Origin: Macrostomum hystrix
Lineage: Eukaryota; Animalia; Platyhelminthes
Direction of reading: 5' to 3'
DNA: 64,000 nucleotides
Assembly: GCA_950097015.1 (NCBI GenBank)
Contig: CATNEN010000007.1
Location: 10,602,001 to 10,666,000 of the forward strand
The first letter of the stretch is position 1; each line of letters opens with the position of its first letter. Both the position numbers and the translations under genes were made by a program. Shown here in pieces: positions 53,407-64,000 of the stretch. The notes beneath the pieces are model-generated. The model was not told the DNA's origin. It worked only from the letters and a program-made list of their open reading frames with translations, and searched no databases.

Positions 53407-56400
53407 ATGCCGTCCAGAGGGCGAGCAGGCGACCACCGGCGGCGTCGACGCTCGCGCAGCCGCTGCGGCACAGGCCACCGACTGGCCTGCTGTTGCTGCG
53501 CCGCCGCCGCCGCCTCAGCCTCGGACTCCGACAGCGGGGCCGACGACTGCGGTGGCAGTGCCAACATCGCCACTGATCGTGAAGGCGCATTTGAGTCATG
53601 CGAAGCCGAGAGATCGTCTGTGCGATTGCTGAATGCATCGAACCAGCAGCAGCAGCAGCACCAGCAGCACCAGCAGCACTCTTCAAGGTCTGCCCGCACC
53701 TCATTTGACTCAGTCAGAAAGCGACCAGCTTACTGTTGATTCTCCAAATACTAATAATATTAAATGCAGGAGGGTTGCAGGCAATGACACATCATTTGGT
53801 GACACTGGATGTACACAGGAGTGACATCTGCCCTGACTTTCTCATCGGCAGGCAGTGTACACTTCACTGTACCTTGGGGGTTGGGCCTCATGGGCGTAAA
53901 TTGCACGACAAGCCCACAAATGAATGTGGCCTCGCCGCGGAATCGAGCTCAGGGACCTTAGTGAGAGAGACAAACGCCTTAAATGCTCTGCCGCTCACCC
54001 CAACGTCATCAAAAGTCTAGTTATACCAGGTTAAGCTTTTGGTAAAAAATCCTTTCAGATCATCCGCTTATGAGATACTGCAGAACTGCGACCAGAATCA
54101 GCAGCAGCAGCTGCAGCAAAATCCTTCCAGCCAAGAAGGTGCCATCGAGCCGCAGGTTGGGGAGCAGTCCTGCTCCGCAACAGTCCGCCTGGTGCAGCCG
54201 GCTGAGCGGTCCTCTCTGGGCCGGCTGTACACCCGGGGTCCAGCGGCGGCTGCTTCCAAGCGGAGGCGCGTCCTGGTGGCCTTCAAGACCGTCTACGACC
54301 GAGGGACCAGCGCTGCCCTGCCGCAAGTGAGCCTGACAGAAGCAGGTATCAATTCGGGCTGACACAGCAGCAGTGTGTCAGACACTGATAGTCCACAGCT
54401 GACACAGCAGCAGTGTGTCAGACACTGATAGTCCACAGCTGACACAGCAGCAGTGTGTCAGACACTGATAGTCCACAGCTGACACAGCAGCAATGTGTCA
54501 GACACTGATAGTCCACAGCTGACACAGCAGCAGTGTGTCAGACACTGATAGTCCACAGCTGACACAGCAGCAGTGTGTCAGACACTGATAGTCCACAGCT
54601 GACACAGCAGCAATGTGTCAGACACTGATAGTCCACAGCTGACACAGCAGCAATGTGCCAGACACTGATAGTCCACAGCTGACACAGCAGCAGTGTGTCA
54701 GACACTGATAGTCCACAGCTGACACAGCAGCAATGTGTCAGACACTGATAGTCCACAGCTGACACAGCAGCAATGTGTCAGACACTGATAGTCCACAGCT
54801 GACACAGCAGCAATGTGTCAGACACTGATAGTCCACAGCTGACACAGCAGCAATGTGTCAGACACTGATAGTCCACAGCTGACACAGCAGCAATGTGTCA
54901 GACACTGATAGTCCACAGCTGACACAGCAGCAATGTGTCAGACACTGATAGTCCACAGCTGACACAGCAGCAGTGTGTCAGACACTGATAGTCCACAGCT
55001 GACACAGCAGCAATGTGTCAGACACTGATAGTCCACAGCTGACACAGCAGCAATGTGTCAGACACTGATAGTCCACAGCTGACACAGCAGCAGTGTGTCA
55101 GACACTGATAGTCCACAGCTGACACAGCAGCAATGTGTCAGACACTGATAGTCCACAGCTGACACAGCAGCAATGTGTCAGACACTGATAGTCCACAGCT
55201 GACACAGCAGCAATGTGTCAGACACTGATAGTCCACAGCTGACACAGCAGCAATGTGTCAGACACTGATAGTCCACAGCTGACACAGCAGCAATGTGTCA
55301 GACACTGATAGTCCACAGCTGACACAGCAGCAATGTGTCAGACACTGATAGTCCACAGCTGACACAGCAGCAGTGTGTCAGACACTGATAGTCCACAGCT
55401 GACACAGCAGCAATGTGTCAGACACTGATAGTCCACAGCTGACACAGCAGCAATGTGTCAGACACTGATAGTCCACAGCTGACACAGCAGCAGTGTGTCA
55501 GACACTGATAGTCCACAGCTGACACAGCAGCAATGTGTCAGACACTGATAGTCCACAGCTGACACAGCAGCAATGTGTCAGACACTGATAGTCCACAGCT
55601 GACACAGCAGCAGTGTGTCAGACACTGATAGTCCACAGCTGACACAGCAGCAATGTGTCAGACACTGATAGTCCACAGCTGACACAGCAGCAATATGTCA
55701 GTTATTGGCCATCGCCCTGACAAATAACTGAGTACTTCTTATCAGTGTTCAGAGCATGGGGCAAGTGTGCTCAGCTCTGGTAGAGCTCATTGTGTCACCG
55801 CAGCGGCCGTCCATTGATCGTGGCGGATTCCTCCCAGATCAATCAAGCGGTGGGAGAAGGCCGGGCGGAAAGCAGAGAAAATGGCGCAGCCCCACTGATG
55901 AGGGCAAGGATAAGAAGGCCAGTGGGAGGTTGTCAGAGCACAAAGGGAATAAGGGATTCCGGTGTTGCTGAAAGGAAAACTCTGCATTGTGAAAGCCTGC
56001 CCTACTGCTCCTTGGAGCTCATCGCCGAAGGAAGTTTGGAGAAATCAGATTAGCCAGGCTGCAGCTATTTTCTTGCTGCTTTAACAACTCGATTGTACTA
56101 CTAAGTAGAATAAGTAGAAAGCTGCGCATTTTGTCGACTATTTGAGTCCCTAATCATTCTGCAATCACTCAATTAAACTGCACATACATGAACAACCAAT
56201 TATTAGCGCCTAGACTGTAATAACCGATTCCTAACACCCACAGTTGGGCCCGTCCCAGCATCCACGCCGCGCTTGTTCAGTCCCATGCTGGTACCCCAGC
56301 TGATGCTGGTACCCCAGCTGATGCTGGTACCCCTGCTGATGCTGGTACCCCTGCTGATGCTGGTACCCCTGCTTATGCTCGTACCCCTGCTGATGCTGGT

Positions 56401-59400
56401 ACCCCTGCTGATGCTGGTACCCCTGCTGATGCTGGTACCCCTGCTGATGCTGGTACCCCAGCTGATGCTGGTACCCCTGCTGATGCTGGTACTCCAGCTG
56501 ATGCTTGTACCCCAGCTGATGCTGGTACCCCTGCTGATGCTGGTACCCCAGCTGATGCTGGTACCCCTGCTGATGCTGGTACCCCTGCTGATGCTGGTAC
56601 CCCTGCTGATGCTGGTACCCCTGCTGATGCTGGTACTCCAGCTGATGCTTGTACCCCAGCTGATGCTGGTACCCCTGCTGATGCTGGTACTCCAGCTGAT
56701 GCTTGTACCCCAGCTGATGCTGGTACTCCAGCTGATGCTTGTACCCCAGCTGATGCTGGTACCCCTGCTGATGCTGGTACCCCAGCTGATGCTGGTACTA
56801 TTTTCCAGCTGGTTGAAGTAAAGCGATAGTGAAATAAAGTGTCGCGATAAATTACAAAAACCGATGAGATTCGAACTCCTGAACTTAGAGATCCTGAACT
56901 ACATCCCCATCCTCCATCCGCTCCACCCAGGACCAGCAGTTGCAGCAGCGCCGGCATTCCGACAACGGTGGCGGGGTTCTCGGAAGCGGCGACTGCACCA
57001 GTCGGGCCGCCCTGGCGAGGCCAGCAGGCAGCGGGCTGGCGGCGATGCGGGCGCTGACGGTCAGCCTACCGCGGGGCAGGGCGCGGTAAGACCCCGGCTG
57101 CTCATTGCTCAATGATTTGCTCGTTGCATTGTTGTTCCCGGCTGAATGAGGACTCGACCGTGCCTGACGCGCATCTTCGCAATGTCCCGTAGATCCAGGC
57201 TGTCCCGGCTGAAACAAGACAGCGGATCCGACTTGATCCGATCTGGCAACTAAGACTGGCTCATCAAAATCCCCATGCCGGCCTAATTCGCGTCGAAAAT
57301 AATCCCAAGGGTCTGTAGTGGCCCTCAGATGAGTAGACTCTGCAGCTCCCCAACCCCCTCCCAGCCCCTCGGCCTGCCATTGGCTGTCAGGCAGCTGGCA
57401 AATATTGCCGACACATTCGAGGTGAGCAGCCGTGGCAGCTGAAGAGCTCACGCCTTTGCTGGCAAGAAATGCAAAAGCAAAAAATTGCGAATACCGCATG
57501 CTCCGAACAGCTTGGCGATTGAAGGTACAAAAACTAAAACAAGAGGCATTCTCGCTCGCTTGTTGCTATGGAAACTGCCTCCAGAAGCGGCGCCGCGATC
57601 GGCCTCTCAGAGGCCGCCGACGAGTGGCGGAAGCGGCGCCACCTGCTGCGAATTTCCAAGTCCGACTGCTCCACCGTGGCGGCTCGCCGCGCGGCTGCCA
57701 CCACCGCTGTCGCAACGGCCGCCACCGCCACCGCCGCAGCCACCGCCGCCGCGGATTCATTATCTGGGTGAGGCCTAAAACTGTCTAACGCCTTCGAATT
57801 CGCGAGTGGACTTTTGGCTCCAATAGCTCGGGCAGGTCAGGCAAAATCAGCCGAATGAATCTCATTCTTGTTGCCAGCAAGTAGAAAAGTACATGGCGCT
57901 CTCCGAGATTCTGTTACCGAGCCGAATGCTCCTTCCAGAAAAGCCGGACTCAGGACTGAAGCAGATTGGCGCACAATTTGGCGCATCATTTGGCGACCGC
58001 TTGTGCTCAGTGGCATTGCATTACTTATTGATCTGGGCAATAAGGTCTGAGTAGAATGACTCAAGTGCGCCCGCAGTTCGAGTCGATTTCTTGCTGCGCG
58101 TGACCTCTGCGGCGGACCGCGGGCAGCGGGCAATTTTCTCTGGGATTTCTAATCTGGAAGCAAACAGGCCAGGCATGCAGCAGGCCGGGCAGGAGGCTGA
58201 GTCATAAAAAACTCATTCGCCGCGGTTGGCTCAAACAGGCTCATTGCATGGCGCTGAATTCCCATTGGGGACGTGCCCGAACAGCCGGTTGTGAGCTGGA
58301 AAGCTGAGAAGCGCGGGCTCAGACCCCATTGTGTGCTCAGGCTTGTGCTCAGGCTTGTGCTCAGGCTTTTTGCAGAAGCAGACTCAGGACTTGGGGATCC
58401 CCGATCCCACAGATGCAGGAGACACAGCTCACGTCACTGCGACTTATTGGCCGGAAAACCTGCACTTCGGAGAGCTGGAACTGCCCAGTATGTCACGTGA
58501 CCCGCGATTAGCCATGCGCTCAGGAGGCTCTGTGGCGTGACCCATGGTATCAGAAATACTTAGCTGCATGCTTAATATTTCTGAAGCATTCCAAGATCTC
58601 TGAGCAAAAGGTTTGTAGATTCTGAGCTGCTTGATGTGTATAAACTTTCATCAAACTTAAAACCCAGCAATAGTCAACAGAACTCTGGTCACAGATATTT
58701 TATACTGATTTGATGACCAGTAATGACAAAAAATCTTCGTCATCAGAGCTGGGGTCATAGCCATTTTGGTCATCAGAGCTGGGGTCATAGCCATTTTGGT
58801 CATCAGAGCTGGGGTCAGCCATTTTGGTCATCCGAATTGTGGCCATGGACATCTTGGTCGTCTGAATTGGGGCTATAGTCATCTGGGTCATCGAAACTGG
58901 GGTCATGTAGTTTATCAAATAATCTGAAGTCTCGGTTTTCCGTTGCGCTAAGGCCGGTCCCGCTGTCAAATCGGTCTAAATTGGCCCAGAAATGTTCGGT
59001 TCTGTGAGCTCGACCGGAACTCATTAGGGCCTCAGCCGCCCCACCCACCCCAATGCCGCCTTGGTTTCCTGGTGAGATGACAGATCAGAGAGGCATCAGG
59101 AGTGGACTGCCGTGCTCACTGATTGCCCACCGACTCCGAGGCTCTTAATCCCTGGCCGCTGCATCAGTTTGAACCACAACCAAATCCGGAACGGAAAATG
59201 GAGCGGCACCAAATTGGATTCGGATCAATCCGACTCCGCCCACTCAGCGGCACGTAGACTCTGACAGCTGCAACAGATGACCGACTCCCACTGACCACTG
59301 ATTTACAGGCTACTTAATCCTGCTTGCTCTCTTCTCCATCCCGGCCTGCTCTAAATCCTCCACCTTCATTCTCCCCTCCATTCTCCCCTAAATTTTCCCC

Positions 59401-62142
59401 TCTTCCACCTCCATTCTCCCCTCCTCAACCTCAACTCCATTCTCCCCTTCTCCACCTCCATTCTCCCCTCCTCCACCTCCATTCTCCCCCCCTCAACCTC
59501 AACTCTATTCTCCCCTCTTCCACCTCCATTCTGCTCTTACTGAAATCCTGTGCGCAGAATCCGTGCGCAGTGCCCACACCAGCCTACTGCCAGTAGAGTC
59601 GCGCGAGATTGTCGGACCATTTAGCCACATAATTCAAGAATTACTGAGTACTGGAGTATTAGTTATCCCATGGGCTGAAATTAGCTTTACTCTGGTGCCT
59701 GGGTTGGTGATGGGAATTAGTTGCGTGCCGCGCAAGCTGAGCTAATTAATTGGTCAAATTAAATTTTAATGCAATCCAAATTGGCGACAGTTCCCCCCGT
59801 TGGCTTTTGTTTGGCGAAGTGGCTCTTGCCCAGCTTCCTCTCCGTCTCCATCTCTGCTGCTCTCAGGTCTCTCCGTCTCCGGGCCATAGGGCTGCTACGG
59901 TTTCACACCTTCGTTGTGCGTGGGGCAGGCAGCGAAACGGGAGTGGGGTTTGATTTCCAGCCGCGTGTTTCTCATTTTTGAGTCCTGTCAAAAGAGCGTC
60001 AAGGCTGAGCAGATCGTGTTATCCAATAGCTGCGCGGCACTGAGGCTGCGGCCTGAGAGGGGCGGTCACTGCAGAGAGGATCCGTTAGAGAGGCGGCTGA
60101 CAGCAAAGCGGAAGCATCTGTGTGGGCCGGCGCGATACAAGAGTCCTGGACAAGAGACTGGATTGCAGGCCCAGATCTGAGCAGTCTCCGAGTCACATCG
60201 ATCAAATAGCTTCACTTTAAAAAGGGACGAGTGCTCAAAAAAAGGACAGCAATGCTGCCGCAAGTCATGCCCTCAGCAGCTGCCGCCTCGTCCGGGCCAG
60301 ACCTGAGCCAGGCTGGGGCGCGGCGTGTTCGGTTTGAGGCAGGAGTCTCGCCTCAGCACAGACCGGATACTGCTTCAGCTATGGGGCACCGGGCGAGGCT
60401 TCAGGTGCCTCACTTCCCCTGCCACAGCGGCAGGCGGCACTCTTGTCACACCTGCTGGTGAGTGAGTCACACTAGAGGCGCTCTTGTCACACCTGCTGGT
60501 GAGTGAGTCACACTAGAGGCGCTCTTGTCACACCTGCTGGTGAGTGAGTCACACTAGAGGCGCTCTTGTCACACCTGCTGGTGAGTGAGTCACACTAGAG
60601 GCACTCTTGTCACACCTGCTGGTGAGTGAGTCACACTAGAGGCGCTCTTGTCACACCTGCTGGTGAGTGAGTCACACTAGAGGCGCTTTTGTCACACCTG
60701 CTGGTGAGTGAGTCACACTAGAGGCACTCTTGTCACACCTGCTGGTGAGTGAGTCACACTAGAGGCACTCTTGTCACACCTGCTGGTGAGTGAGTCACAC
60801 TAGAGGCGCTTTTGTCACACCTGCTGGTGAGTGAGTCACACTAGAGGCGCTTTTGTCACACCTGCTGGTGAGTGAGTCACACTAGAGGCGCTTTTGTCAC
60901 ACCTGCTGGTGATTGAGTCACACTAGAGGCGCTCTTGCCACTTCAAGTAACTTCAAGAATCTCAATAAAATTATATTTTCTCACAAGTGATTGATAGAGT
61001 GAGTGAGTGAGTGAGTGAGTGAGTGAGTGAATGAGTGGGTGGGTGAGTGAGTGAGTGAGTGAGTGAGTGAATGAACGAGTGAGTGAGTGAGTGAGTGAGT
61101 GATTTAGGGAGTGAATGAGTGGGTGGGTGAGTGAGTGAGTGAGTGAGTGAGTGAGTGAGTGAGTGATTTAGTGAGTGAATGAGTGAGTGAGTGAGTGAGT
61201 GAATGAGTGAGTGAGTGAGTGAGTGAGTGAGAGTGAGTGAATGAGTGAATGAGTGAGTGAGTGAGTGAGTGAGTGAGAGTGAGTGAGTGAATGAGTGAAT
61301 GAGTGAATGAGTGAGTGAGTGAGTGAGTGAGTGAGTGAGTGAGTGAATGAGTGAGTTAGTGAGTGAGTGAGTGAGTGGGTGGGTGAGTGAGTGAATGAGT
61401 GGGTGGGTGAGTGAGTGAGTGAGTGGGTGGGTGAGTGAGTGAGTGAGTGAGTGAGTGAATGAGTGGGTGGGCGAGTGAGTGAGTGAGTGGGTGGGCGAGT
61501 GAGTGAGTGAGTGAGTGAGTGAATGAGTGAGTGAGTGAGTGAGTGAGTGAGTGAGTGAGTGAGTGAGTGAGTTAGTGAGTGAATGAGTGAGTGAGTGAGT
61601 GAATGAGTGAGTGAGTGAGGACACAAAGCGAATCTCTCGTCGATAGCAATGGATATTGGTCAGGCTGCACTGTGGCCTTTGAAATTTCAAAGCCATCCGC
61701 ATTCACCGCTTTGAAAACAGTTCCCTCCGCCAGTTTCACATCGAGCTCATCAAAGGCGGCGCGCGCGAGTGCGGGAGCGGAAGGGCCGCTAATGGGGGCG
61801 GGGGTGGGCGGAGGCCAGTCCAGCCCGGCTGGATGGGGAGGAGGGGAAGCGCATGGAAATGAGAGGATCAGGGCGGGGATTTCTGACTGCCAGGGGGATC
61901 AATGTGGCCGGGAGGACCGGCGCTCCAAAATTGCCTCCGCTCTCAAATCGACCCGCCCGCAGCTTCGAGGAGAACTCGCAGGGGTCCCAACGGCAGCAGC
62001 AGCAGGCGCCGCTTCCCGGCCATGCGGGCCTGCTGCTTCATCACCTGCCACACCTGCGGCGGGAGTCCTTCCTGTACAGGTCCGACTCGGATTTCGACGT
62101 GTCCGGCCGGTCGTCCAGGCACTCCTCCCTGGCCAGTGACCA
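53407..62142 (+). CDS. PDE4: PDE4/dunce cAMP phosphodiesterase, 5' part: isoform A exons 53407-53687, 54059-54326, 56931-57085; alternative first exons 57568-57767 and 60252-60457; shared UCR1 exon 61963-62142; continues beyond the window
   Basis: Shared exon reads FEENSQG...LRRESFLYRSDSDFDVSGRSSRHSSLASD, the PDE4 UCR1 PKA site. All three upstream routes end in phase 2, matching the acceptor. The upstream exons are less certain than the UCR1 exon. Confidence 0.85.
53823..53997 (-). mobile_element. tRNA-derived SINE, family A
   Basis: Near-full reverse-complement match to 62263-62465. Confidence 0.88.
54358..55700. repeat. 40-bp satellite, about 33 copies, with an internal hairpin
   Basis: Unit gacacagcagcaatgtgtcagacactgatagtccacagct. 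Confidence 0.98.
56286..56798. repeat. 18-bp minisatellite
   Basis: (gctgatgctggtacccct/a)n, about 28 copies. Confidence 0.96.
58739..58831. repeat. 30-bp tandem repeat, about 3 copies
   Basis: catcagagctggggtcatagccattttggt. Confidence 0.85.
60436..60937. repeat. 41-bp tandem array spanning a PDE4 exon-intron junction
   Basis: Unit ggcactcttgtcacacctgctg|gtgagtgagtcacactaga, 12 copies. Confidence 0.97.
60997..61619. repeat. (GAGT)n microsatellite
   Basis: Imperfect tetranucleotide run of about 620 bp. Confidence 0.98.
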
Positions 62143-62262
62143 GTGAGCCGCCCGCCTCATCTGTTTGCTGAACTGACCGCTTTGATGCCCCGACTGCACT
62201 ACTGACCATTGAGATTTAGTAGTAGCGCTGCTGAGACTGAACTAATTCACAAATTATCCCTT

Positions 62263-62465
62263 GGGATTAGTGGCAGAGCGGTTTAACGCGTTTGCCTTTC
62301 GCAGCAAGGTCCCTGAGCTCGATTCCGCGGCGAGGCCACATTAATTTGGGGCGCAGCCGCGGAGAGAAGGCTTGTGGGCTTGTCGTGCAATTTACGCCCT
62401 TGAGGGCCAACCTCCAAGGCACAGTGAAGTGTACACTGCCTGGCGATGAGAAAGTCAGGGCAGAC
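62263..62465 (+). mobile_element. tRNA-derived SINE, family A, most complete copy
   Basis: A box tggcagagcgg, tRNA-like head, B-box-like gagctcgattcc, then a body shared with four other copies in the window. Confidence 0.88.
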
Positions 62466-64000
62466 AGATATACACACCTGTGCAGATAGTATTACGAAAC
62501 ATAATCCCCAACAAATCACAAGGTATCCCCTACAGTTGATATATTACAATCACAGTTTAGCGCACAGGAATTTAGTTTATTGATCAGGGACACAGATTGC
62601 TTCACAAATCAGTTTTCATACCACCGTCACAGAGCTGCACTCTTGCCTTTAAACTTGAGCAAGCGCTAGAAAAAAAGTAAAAACAAAAACAAAAAATTCA
62701 AGGCATACTACTAAATACCGCTCCAGTTCAGTAGCCAGATGCAGCCGAATGACTATTGAATGACTTTTAATGTGCGCGCCGCTGCTAGAGACAGAGGAAG
62801 GAGAATTAGTGGAGGGCTGAAAGCTGACAACACTCCCCAGCTAAGCCTGCTTTGACATTGATGGAGACAGCGGCCTACAGAAAGATGAAGACACAGAGAG
62901 AGAGAGCGGGGCCCGCAAGTTTCTGCCAGCCTCGCAGCCCACGACGCACCCCGTGCCAACCAGGGCGCGCAGAGCTGCCCCCCACCTCCGCCCCCTAGCC
63001 GTGACCCTAAGACACAGGGGGCGGCACCTCGGCTCCGGCCGTCTCTGGCCAGGAGCTGATTGCCATCCCGGGACACAACTTTCTCGGAATTCTCCCAATA
63101 TCCCCTCTGTGCTACTGGGGAAGGGAAGGGGAAGCCAACGGGACCCGGGACCTGCTGGGGATGTGGGAATGATGGGATCAATATCGGAGGCAAAATCGAT
63201 AACATTCGGAGGCCGACGCGGAGTTTGGTCACTCGTGACGGACAGTGCGGGGGGTGGCCTTGGAACAGCTGGCACAGTCCGCAGCAATGCTCCGTTCTTC
63301 TGCAATTCCTGCTGCCCAACTGCTGGCTGGGTGGGGGTGGCGAATTAATTAAGCAGCTCAGGCGCACTCACTCCAGGTGTCCAGGGCCAGGGGACTCAAT
63401 TGGAATCCTCTGCGGCGAGCGAGCTGTCAATTAACGGTTGCCGGGTGGGGTCAGGCGGGCGCACTTTAAACGCAGCCACGCAGATAAATGCAACTCCAGT
63501 AAACAAACTATCAATTTATTCAAGCTGACTGTTCACCTGGAACACACGGGGATCATGATTTGTGGTCCAGGACGGATTGGGATCTGGGCTCAGGTACCCA
63601 TCCCCGGAGTACGGCTCCCCTCCTCTCTCCCCCATCCTTTGTCTGTAGTTTCTACAGGCGCCAGGCGCATCAACTGGGCATTTCTTTCGCTCACTGCCAC
63701 ATTCTCCAAGGCGCAGCGACTCCACCCCACCTCCGCCCGCCCAACCCCCGACCAACCCAAGCCGCAGCCACTGCCGGCCCCCCTGGGCTCAGAGCTGCCT
63801 GGCGGGTACTCAGGCTGCGGGCACAAATACTGCTTCTCTATCTGGCCTGGCCCGGTCCCTATCTCTGCCCTCAGCCAGCTAACTCACTGAACGCACGCTC
63901 CGCGCGCGGCTCACGCACTGCGTCCCGGGAGCTCTGTTGCGAGGCCGGCTACGCCCCCCAGAGCTGCTTGGCTCCATTCTTCCCCGCCTCTTTGTGCCCA

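Noticed and set aside
54358-55700. CRISPR-like array with a palindromic repeat
   Set aside because: No unique spacers, no cas genes, eukaryotic intron context. The same applies to the other arrays.
60997-61619. His/Ser/Leu/Thr-rich ORFs or a telomeric tract
   Set aside because: Simple (GAGT)n microsatellite, not TTAGGG.
62263-62340. tRNA gene
   Set aside because: Imperfect cloverleaf and B box, and it continues into a body repeated elsewhere in the window: a SINE head.

Overview
Eukaryotic (animal) genomic DNA, not prokaryotic. It shows spliced genes with GC-rich codons, AT-rich 5' regions, tRNA-derived SINEs, MITEs and roughly a quarter of the window in locus-specific mini/satellites. This style suggests a Macrostomum-like flatworm, but that is inference only. 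Genes assembled by hand from splice sites: the start of an SH2-domain (SHIP/SH2D1-like) gene (-, runs off the left edge), MCM5 (+, 7 exons), a secreted PAN/Apple + C-type lectin (+), an intronless family-B/Methuselah-like GPCR (+), PINCH/LIMS (-), a TMEM272-like gene (-), a small single-pass membrane protein (+), TMEM68 (-), CASD1 (-) and the 5' part of a PDE4/dunce gene (+) with three alternative N-termini. Most notable: (1) PINCH has two duplicated, phase-compatible exons, each encoding the first zinc finger of LIM1; (2) CASD1 has lost both the catalytic Ser and His of its SGNH domain but is otherwise intact; (3) sharp 1.2-1.7 kb CpG deserts lie at the 5' ends of three housekeeping genes; (4) a 41-bp tandem array multiplies a PDE4 splice donor 12 times; (5) CASD1-TMEM68 may be a trans-spliced operon. 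All long repetitive ORFs in the ORF track are read as satellite artefacts. Coordinates were counted by eye and no searches were run.
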